A stretch of 64,000 nt of DNA, from contig JAOZFT010000004.1 in the NCBI GenBank assembly GCA_027492035.1, positions 352,001 to 416,000 of the forward strand. Direction: 5' to 3'. The stretch is from Thermoproteota archaeon (GTDB taxonomy: Archaea > Korarchaeota > JAOZGF01 > JAOZFZ01). Positions 56,922 through 64,000 of the stretch are shown here, one piece after another (position 1 is the stretch's first letter; each line of letters starts with the position of its first letter). The notes below the pieces were generated by a model. It saw only the letters and a program-made list of their open reading frames with translations, did no database searches and had not been told where the DNA came from. The position numbers and the translations under genes are program-made.

Positions 56922-57230
56922 TCAGGATAGCTCTATTTCGACCTTAACCTCAGCAGGTATTTGTATTCTTATTATTTGCCTTAAAGTTCTTTGTTCAGCG
57001 TCAATATCTATTATTCTTTTATGGATTCTTAATTCCCATTTATCCCAAGTATCTGTGCCTTCTCCACAAGGAGTTTTCCTTGTGACAATCTTCATTTTCT
57101 TTGTTGGTAAAGGAATGGGGCCTCTTATATGGGCCCCTGTTTTTTTAGCTATTTCTTTAATTTTCCTGCAAACCTCATCTAATTTCCTATGGTCTATACT
57201 TGCCAGTTTTATCCTTGCTTTGTTCACCAT
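56922..57230 (-). CDS. rps10: 30S ribosomal protein uS10
   Basis: 'GPIPLPT', 'RKTPCGEG', 'RIHKR'. Confidence 0.97.
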   Translation of the reverse strand: MVNKARIKLASIDHRKLDEVCRKIKEIAKKTGAHIRGPIPLPTKKMKIVTRKTPCGEGTDTWDKWELRIHKRIIDIDAEQRTLRQIIRIQIPAEVKVEIELS

Positions 57231-57246
57231 TACTTTTTCTCTCTCC

Positions 57247-58509
57247 TTACTTCTCCTTTGGTACGAAGTCTACAACTACTCCTGCGGCTATGGTTTTACC
57301 CATATCCCTTATTGCAAACCTTCCTAATGCAGGGATGAAACTGTATTTCTCTAAGCATATTGGTTGAACGGGTACAAACTTAACAACAGCTATATCCCCT
57401 GTTTTAAGGTACTTCGGGTTCTCTTCAACCACTGCCCCAGTTTTTGGGTCTAGTTTTTGCATTAATTTATCAAATTTGCATGCTGCATGAGCTGTATGGG
57501 CATGTAAAACTGGAGTGTATCCTTCAGCTATTGCTGTAGGGTGGCTTAAAATAGCTATTCTACCTGTAAACTCACTTACTACTTGAGGAGGAGTATCTAA
57601 GTGCCCTGCTACGTCACCCCTCTTTAGTTTCTTTATTGATACTCCTTTGACGTTGAAGCCTATGTTGTCTCCAGGTTCAGCTTTCTCCAGTCTTTCGTGG
57701 TGCATTTCAATTGATTTCACTTCACCTACTTCATCGATTGGTTTAAAAACTATTTTGTCTCCAGGTTTGAGTATCCCTGACTCAACCCTCCCCACAGGAA
57801 CTACTCCAACTCCTCTAATATTGAAAACATCCTGGACAGGTATCCTGAGAGGCTTATCTGTTGGTTTAGGTGGTAGTTCAAACATGTCCAATGCTTCGAA
57901 AAGAGTTGGTCCATCATACCAAGGGGTTTTGTCACTTTTCTTCAGTAAATTGTCCCCCATCCATCCTGAAGTTGGGATAAAAGGTATCTTTTTAACATCG
58001 AATTTTAACTTTGTAAGCAAGTCTTCAACTTCCTTCTTCACTTCTTCGTATCTTTCCTTGCTGTAATTCACTGTTGAGTCATCCATTTTATTAATTGTCA
58101 CAATTAGCTGTTTCACTCCAAGTATCCACAAGAGATATGCATGTTCTCTTGTTTGAGCCTGTACACCCTCACCTTTCTTGGCAGACACTACTAATATTGC
58201 TCCATCTGCTTGCGACGCCCCTGTTATCATATTTTTTACAAAGTCTCTATGTCCCGGTGCATCTATTACTGTAATATAATACTTCTTTGTTTCTATTTTT
58301 TCATGAAATAAATCAATTGTTAACCCCCTCTCTCTTTCTTCTTTTAACCTATCCATTAACCACGCAAATTTGAACGTTCCTGCTTCTTCAGGTATGTCTC
58401 TGTCACTGAATTTGCCTAATTCATAGAATAACCTTCCAAGTGTGGTGCTTTTTCCGTGATCCACATGCCCTACGAAAATAATATTCAAGTGTGGTTTTTT
58501 AGCTGACAT
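57247..58509 (-). CDS. tuf: Elongation factor 1-alpha
   Basis: 'GHVDHGKST', 'DAPGHRDF', 'NKMD', 'GRFAIRDMG'. Confidence 0.98.
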   Translation of the reverse strand: MSAKKPHLNIIFVGHVDHGKSTTLGRLFYELGKFSDRDIPEEAGTFKFAWLMDRLKEERERGLTIDLFHEKIETKKYYITVIDAPGHRDFVKNMITGASQADGAILVVSAKKGEGVQAQTREHAYLLWILGVKQLIVTINKMDDSTVNYSKERYEEVKKEVEDLLTKLKFDVKKIPFIPTSGWMGDNLLKKSDKTPWYDGPTLFEALDMFELPPKPTDKPLRIPVQDVFNIRGVGVVPVGRVESGILKPGDKIVFKPIDEVGEVKSIEMHHERLEKAEPGDNIGFNVKGVSIKKLKRGDVAGHLDTPPQVVSEFTGRIAILSHPTAIAEGYTPVLHAHTAHAACKFDKLMQKLDPKTGAVVEENPKYLKTGDIAVVKFVPVQPICLEKYSFIPALGRFAIRDMGKTIAAGVVVDFVPKEK

Positions 58510-58684
58510 ATTTCTCCCTCTTTTCCTCCTTTTTATCCTCTATATCTCTCCTCTATTTCTTGACACTTCTAAAGGTTACTTTTTTTCTCTTTTTTATTTT
58601 TTTCTTTTTCTTTTAAAACTTAATGGTTATTTTTGATTTTCTTTTCAGGACTTAAATAATTTTCTTGGAAGCATTTTTCCTTGT

Positions 58685-59254
58685 TTATGCTGCAGAGTAG
58701 GCCCTCCTTTCTATTTCTGCTTTCTTCTTTACAGCTAAACTTCTTGAAGGGTCATTGCGGTATGTAGCTATTAAGACGTCAGCTAATATTTCTTCCATGT
58801 TTTTTATGTTATTAAAGGTTTCTTTTTTTACAGCTTCAACAATAAACCTCAAAGCTAAATCTACTCTTCTTAAGGGGGCTACATCTACAGCTTTGTGGTA
58901 AACAATTCCTCCATACATTATCCCCGTAACTTCTTCCCTTGGTGCAGCATTTTCAACTGCTCTCACGAGTACTTCTATGGGATTTTTTCCTGTTTTCAGG
59001 TGCACTATCTCAAAAGCCTTTCTAACTATATTTATTGCCCTTTGTTTTTTACCTGTCCCTTTTCTTGTCCTCATTAAATTATTTACAAGCCTCTCTACTA
59101 ATGAAACTTTACTTTTACCGAATCTTTTCGAAGCATGCCTCCCTTTACTGTGGGGGATGAAGACAGGTTTTAAACTTATGACATTTTTTAATCCAGGGTC
59201 TTTTATTTCTATTCCTTCAAACCCCCATTTACCGAATAATTTTATTTCTGGCAT
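58685..59254 (-). CDS. rps7: 30S ribosomal protein uS7
   Basis: 'KLFGKW', 'ENAAPRE', 'AVDVAPLRR'; ATG at 59254. Confidence 0.96.
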   Translation of the reverse strand: MPEIKLFGKWGFEGIEIKDPGLKNVISLKPVFIPHSKGRHASKRFGKSKVSLVERLVNNLMRTRKGTGKKQRAINIVRKAFEIVHLKTGKNPIEVLVRAVENAAPREEVTGIMYGGIVYHKAVDVAPLRRVDLALRFIVEAVKKETFNNIKNMEEILADVLIATYRNDPSRSLAVKKKAEIERRAYSAA

Positions 59255-59268
59255 TTTTCTCTTCTCTT

Positions 59269-59706
59269 TTAACGGAGAGGTTTCTCTTTCTTCCCTAGCC
59301 ACAGCGCCTTTAAAGAAACACCATTTACTTGTATAACTCTCCATCTAACAGTTGGAATGTCTCCTAAAGATCTTCCTTTGCTTCCTCCTATCCCCTCTAC
59401 CAATACTTCGTCATGTTCCTCTATAAAGTTTAGACCTCCATCAAGGGGAACATAGGCAGTGATTGTTTTACCATTTTTTATTAATTGGATTTTTACACAT
59501 TTCCTTATGCTTGAATGTGGCTGCTTGGCTTCAAGCGCAACTTTCTCTAGTACTATCCCTCTTGCTTGAGGGGCTCCCTCTAGAGGGTCTGTTTTTTCTT
59601 TAAGCTTCAAAACCCTTCTTTTATAGCGTGTATCTTTCCATCTGAATTTTTTTCTCTTCTTAATTAGTTGCCTTGCCCCAAAAATTCCTCTCGGTGTCAA
59701 GCCCAT
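59269..59706 (-). CDS. rps12: 30S ribosomal protein uS12
   Basis: 'GAPQARGIV', 'AKQP', 'GDIP'. Confidence 0.97.
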   Translation of the reverse strand: MGLTPRGIFGARQLIKKRKKFRWKDTRYKRRVLKLKEKTDPLEGAPQARGIVLEKVALEAKQPHSSIRKCVKIQLIKNGKTITAYVPLDGGLNFIEEHDEVLVEGIGGSKGRSLGDIPTVRWRVIQVNGVSLKALWLGKKEKPLR

Positions 59707-59717
59707 TCTTCATCCCC

Positions 59718-60146
59718 CTATGTTATTCTAACATTTTTTACTCCAAAGTACCTTTTAAGCAGCAGCCTCATTTTCTTTATTTTCCTTCCTTTTTTACCTA
59801 TAGCTATTCCTTTATCTTCGTAGTTCACTTCCACTATTACCGAATTTGACTGGTTCAATTTCCTAATTGCCTTAACTCTTGCGGGGAACAAAATGTTCCT
59901 TATAAATTCCTCTATGTTGTCAGAGTATTCATTTATTTCTATGTTTATGTTCATTACTTTTTTAAGTTTTCTTATGAGCTTTCCCCCTCTTCCCACTATT
60001 TTATATATTTCTCCCTTAGGAACAATCACTATCTCTCTTTGAAACTCGTCATCCCTTATACAATCCATCACATCTACTCCTGTAATGGAGGAAATTAAGC
60101 TGACCTTTTTTATTGTTTCGTTGTTCAAAGAAATTTTCCTATGCAT
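59718..60146 (-). CDS. nusA: Archaeal NusA (two KH domains)
   Basis: 'IVGRGG', 'AIGKKG'; context. Confidence 0.93.
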   Translation of the reverse strand: MHRKISLNNETIKKVSLISSITGVDVMDCIRDDEFQREIVIVPKGEIYKIVGRGGKLIRKLKKVMNINIEINEYSDNIEEFIRNILFPARVKAIRKLNQSNSVIVEVNYEDKGIAIGKKGRKIKKMRLLLKRYFGVKNVRIT

Positions 60147-60464
60147 TTACCCTTCTCCTTTTCCTTCATTAATCTTTAAAATTTCAGATAAGCCTGGGTC
60201 GATAACGCCTAAAGTTGAAATTCCATGTTGACGCCCACAATCTCTACCTAACTCTACATTATTTCCTTTATAAGTGTAAACTTTCGTTCCAGTTAATTTT
60301 GAGTAATACTTAACGTCTTCTCTGATTGATTCTGGACAGTTGCTTGCTAAAATGACAAGCTTCAATTTTCCTTTCTTTAAACTCTCTAAAGTTTTTTTTG
60401 CACCTAAAATTATTTTTCCAGTTTCTATTGTTAACCTTAAGTTATCTTTTAACTCTTTTGACAT
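60147..60464 (-). CDS. rpl30e: 50S ribosomal protein L30e
   Basis: 'TGKIILG', 'ASNCP', 'ELG..CG'. Confidence 0.96.
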   Translation of the reverse strand: MSKELKDNLRLTIETGKIILGAKKTLESLKKGKLKLVILASNCPESIREDVKYYSKLTGTKVYTYKGNNVELGRDCGRQHGISTLGVIDPGLSEILKINEGKGEG

Positions 60465-60477
60465 TTTTTTTCACTCC

Positions 60478-63400
60478 TCAGAAAGCTGCGTATAATTCAA
60501 CAGCCCCTGTGCCAACCTGTATGGGAACACCTGCTATAACTCTCTCTACCACACCAGGTAATTCATCCTCTTCGCCTTTTATAGCCGCCTCTGCCAAGGT
60601 CTTTACGGTTATTTCATAACTTGCTCTTGCTAAGAAGCTCCCCTTCTCTCCGGTAACTCCGTACCTGCCAACTTGTTTAAGGTCCCCTGTAAAGGTTAAA
60701 GTGTCAGCTGCTAGCAAAATATGTCTGATGTTTATTTTTATTCCTTGATTTTCTAAAACTGACTTTATTTCGTTTATGATAGCTGCTCTAGCCGCCTCTA
60801 TCCCAAGTTCGTTGTAGATTTCCAATATGTCATTAGTTGTTGTTCTATTCCTATCTACTCCTTCCATTTTTAAAACAACTTTTAAGTTTGATCCTTCGGT
60901 TTCGATCACATATTCTCCTGCCTTCTCTTTTATTAATGTTTTGGTTATTCCTTTGACACCGTAAACTGTTGTGTCTAAAAGTTTTGTGTAGGCTTCTTTA
61001 AATTTCCTATATGAATCTATTCCTGATTGTACAATTAACGAATTTCTTTCTTCTTTAACTTCTCCTTTCATTTTCTTAGAAATCATACTTTTTACTTTTT
61101 TCAAGTCTATTCCTTTTTGGTTGATTAACTCCTCTTTCAAGGTTAGAACCATTTCTCTACTCAAAGGTTCTATTTCGATTTTCTCTATTATATCCTTTAA
61201 TGTTAAAGATCTTATCTTCTCTGCTATCTTTAAAGCTTTATCTCGACTTTTTCTGTGCTCTTCATCCAAGTAAATAGTCATTGAAGGAGTGCTTGGTTTC
61301 TTTCTCATGTCAAGGACTTCTTTCAGCCTTGGAAAGCCTAATGTTATGTTTTTTTCTGCCACTCCTGCAAAGTGGAAGGTTCTTAGGGTTAGTTGAGTAC
61401 TGGGTTCTCCTATCGATTGGGCAGTTACTACTCCTATGGGTTCGAAGGGATCAACTAAGGCATGTAAGTAACTGTTTTTCACTGTTTTAAGGATTTTGGT
61501 TAATGTTTCTTTATTGATTTTGTGTTTGGTAACAATTTTTAGAGTTTCATTTCTTATTCTTTCCGGTAGATCTTTAAGCTCCTTTTCAACCAGTTTTTGT
61601 TTATTTTTGTTACTCATTCCCTTTTTCACTTTGTTTTCATCGTTTGCAATAGTTTCCTCTAATTCATTGAAAAGTACTGGTTCACCGTGGTAAGTTTTTG
61701 TCACATCCACTCCGTCGTCACCATAGAGGAAAGATATTATTTTTCCTTCTGAATCTCTTACTGTACCGTCATTTTCTATTCTTAAATCTTGGAAAGCATT
61801 CATCAACCTTCTTTGCAGGTATCCACTATCAGCAGTCCTTATCGCTTTGTCAACTAAACTTTCTCTTCCAGCCATGGCATGGAAATACAGTTCCGTAGGT
61901 GTTAATCCTCTTTTGTAGCTTGATTCAACAAAACCTCTGCTTTTTGCTCTCTTTTCGCCTTTTTTGAAGTGTGGAAGAGCTCTTCTGATATATCCTTCAG
62001 AGATACGTCTACCCCTTAACGATTGCTGCCCAACGCTTCCAGCCATTTGCCCTATATTTATAGCGCTTCCTTTAGCTTTTGTGGATGTCATTACAACTAT
62101 TGAGTTATCCACATCTAAACTTTTCGACACCTCCTTACCTATTTTTTCACGGCAATTGGAAAGTATTCCTCCAACTTTAATCTCCAACGTTTCTTCTTTT
62201 GTCCTTCCAGGCAGAGGCTGAAATTCTCCTTTATTGAACAATTCTAGCAATTTCTCTATTTCTCTGTAACCCTCAAGAATTATTTCTTTAACTTTTTCTT
62301 TGATTTCAGGTGGCAAGTCTTCTTCATCAAGTCCTAAAGTGAATCCTCTTCCACTTAAAAACCTTAAAGTAACTTTTGTGTATTTATTTAGGAATTCTCT
62401 AGCTCTTTCTCCTCCATATTTGTTGGCTATCACATCCAGCAGTGTCAATCCACTTTCGACTATCGCCCCTATAGCTGCTGTGTCTATTACACCTGTCAAT
62501 AATTCACCGTTCTTAACAATAACTACAGTATCCTCAATAAATTCTTCCCCTTCCTTTCCGGTTTCAGTTTTCGGGATGTAAACTGAAGCTTTAAGTTTAA
62601 AGTTTAAATCCTTTGGAAGAAGCAAGCTAAAGACTTGTTTACCTGTCCAATATTCTTTAGGCTCTAAAATGGCAGGTTCAGGTATTTCATCATAATCCAC
62701 AAGGGATGAAAGGAGGAGCCCCAGCTCCTTTTTGGAGAGAAGAGTATCCCTCCTTGTTAGTAGGTAAGATCCTGTGATATGATCTAGAATTCCCCCTACT
62801 AATGCCCCTCCGAACCTTGGAGAAATTATGTTTTTTTCAACAAGCATTAATTCTTCTGCTTCCACTCTTGAATCTAAAGTTTGAAGAGCATGGAGGTTCA
62901 TTTCATCTCCGTCGAAGTCTGCGTTGTAAGGTGGACAGACAGCAAGATTAAGTCTGAAAGTTTTATAGGGTAATACTTTAACTCGGTGACCCATCATCGA
63001 TATTCTATGGAGAGAGGGTTGTCTATTGAACAAAACCACGTCTCCATCCATTAAATACCTTCCTATTTTGTAACCTGGGGAAATATTTTCTGCGAAGGCT
63101 GCCAGATCTGAAATAAACCGTAAATCCACCTTCGTCCCATCTGTCCTCTCTACATATTTGGCTCCTGGATGGTTTTTTGGCCCTAAAGCAACTAAAGTTT
63201 TAGCTTCTTCAATATTTAACTCGCTTACTGTCACAGGGATAGTCAATGTTTTAGCTATTTCAAAAGGGACCCCTACTTCATTTATGTCAAGTAGAGGGTC
63301 TGGAGAAATAACTGTTCTAGCGGAAAAGTCCACTCTCTTGGCTGCCAAATTAGATCTGAATCTTCCTTCTTTGCCCTCAAGTCTTTGAGCTATCCCTTTT

Positions 63401-64000
63401 ATAGGTCTTTTTGTTCTATGCTTGGCTGACGGCACTCCTGAAAGATTGTTATCGAAATAAGTTGCTACATGGTACTGTAAAAGGTTCCATAAATCATCAA
63501 TTATGTGCTGAGGTGTTCCACTGTCTATTGATTCCCTTAAGTTGTTGTTAACCCTTACTATGTCCACCAGTTTATGTGTTAAATCATCTTCTGCTCTTCC
63601 TCCTTTTTCAAGCACTATTGAGGGCCTAACGGGGAGCGGAGGAACTGGTAAATCTGTCAGAACCATCCACTCAGGCCGGTTGTTTTCGATGTCAAACCCT
63701 AACAAGTAAGCGTCTTCATCAGGTATTTCTTCCAGTCTTTCTCTCACATCTGAGGCAGTTAGGTTTATTGGCCCCTGCGGCGTAATTTCTCTGTAATGGT
63801 AAGGTGGAATAAACTTAATTTTGTTTTGTTTAGCTCCACAGTTTGGGCATTTCTGGGTTTTACTTACTGCCTTACTTTTTATTTCCTTTATTATTTCGTC
63901 CCTTTTATTCTGGTTTTTTGTAGTCTGCAACAACTTCAAATACTTTTCTCTTTCCTCCTTAGGTATCTTTACTTTATGGCATTCCTTGCAAGTAGCCTTT
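60478..64000 (-). CDS. rpoA: RNA polymerase largest subunit, fused A'+A'' (5' end outside the window)
   Basis: One open frame from the window edge ('KATCKEC') through 'NADFDGD' and the bridge helix into A'' motifs 'AQSIGEP', 'TFHFAG', 'VGTG'. Confidence 0.96.
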   Translation of the reverse strand, partial: KATCKECHKVKIPKEEREKYLKLLQTTKNQNKRDEIIKEIKSKAVSKTQKCPNCGAKQNKIKFIPPYHYREITPQGPINLTASDVRERLEEIPDEDAYLLGFDIENNRPEWMVLTDLPVPPLPVRPSIVLEKGGRAEDDLTHKLVDIVRVNNNLRESIDSGTPQHIIDDLWNLLQYHVATYFDNNLSGVPSAKHRTKRPIKGIAQRLEGKEGRFRSNLAAKRVDFSARTVISPDPLLDINEVGVPFEIAKTLTIPVTVSELNIEEAKTLVALGPKNHPGAKYVERTDGTKVDLRFISDLAAFAENISPGYKIGRYLMDGDVVLFNRQPSLHRISMMGHRVKVLPYKTFRLNLAVCPPYNADFDGDEMNLHALQTLDSRVEAEELMLVEKNIISPRFGGALVGGILDHITGSYLLTRRDTLLSKKELGLLLSSLVDYDEIPEPAILEPKEYWTGKQVFSLLLPKDLNFKLKASVYIPKTETGKEGEEFIEDTVVIVKNGELLTGVIDTAAIGAIVESGLTLLDVIANKYGGERAREFLNKYTKVTLRFLSGRGFTLGLDEEDLPPEIKEKVKEIILEGYREIEKLLELFNKGEFQPLPGRTKEETLEIKVGGILSNCREKIGKEVSKSLDVDNSIVVMTSTKAKGSAINIGQMAGSVGQQSLRGRRISEGYIRRALPHFKKGEKRAKSRGFVESSYKRGLTPTELYFHAMAGRESLVDKAIRTADSGYLQRRLMNAFQDLRIENDGTVRDSEGKIISFLYGDDGVDVTKTYHGEPVLFNELEETIANDENKVKKGMSNKNKQKLVEKELKDLPERIRNETLKIVTKHKINKETLTKILKTVKNSYLHALVDPFEPIGVVTAQSIGEPSTQLTLRTFHFAGVAEKNITLGFPRLKEVLDMRKKPSTPSMTIYLDEEHRKSRDKALKIAEKIRSLTLKDIIEKIEIEPLSREMVLTLKEELINQKGIDLKKVKSMISKKMKGEVKEERNSLIVQSGIDSYRKFKEAYTKLLDTTVYGVKGITKTLIKEKAGEYVIETEGSNLKVVLKMEGVDRNRTTTNDILEIYNELGIEAARAAIINEIKSVLENQGIKINIRHILLAADTLTFTGDLKQVGRYGVTGEKGSFLARASYEITVKTLAEAAIKGEEDELPGVVERVIAGVPIQVGTGAVELYAAF

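Noticed and set aside
56806-57327. 173-aa + strand ORF
   Set aside because: It is antisense to tRNA-Ser and uS10 and has no protein features.
1-64000. CRISPR arrays, transposases, integrases, inteins, rRNA, protein-gene introns or stop-codon recoding
   Set aside because: None was seen by eye. Conserved genes are full length in single frames with ordinary stops.

Overview
AT-rich archaeal chromosome segment made mostly of housekeeping superoperons: Nep1-Rpp21-S19e...pfdA/ftsY; argF-ftsZ-secE-spt5-L11-L1-L10-P1; ABCE1; an ECF module; the exosome/proteasome/RNase P cluster; the KEOPS/t6A-RpoE-aIF2g-aIF5B-L7Ae cluster; rpoD-gltX-gap; and rpoA-str-S10-L3...S19. The marker set (fused RpoA'/A'', S25e, histone, FtsZ in the secE-spt5 operon, class I LysRS, intermediate EF-1alpha eocyte indel, arcadin-2-like gene) suggests a deep TACK/Asgard-side lineage such as Korarchaeia or Njord/Panguiarchaeales. 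That placement is inference only. Main points for follow-up: (1) three large Ig-like membrane-anchored surface proteins all end in [K/R]-L-G-COOH, a candidate undescribed sorting or docking signal; (2) both tRNA-Gly genes encode C33 instead of the near-universal U33; (3) all five tRNA genes carry BHB-type introns, 8 in total at 5 positions; (4) a 19-nt inverted repeat brackets L11-L1-L10; (5) an orphan arcadin-2-like gene lies next to the histone gene. No CRISPR array, rRNA, transposase or integrase was seen. All family assignments come from motif recognition and gene context, not database searches.
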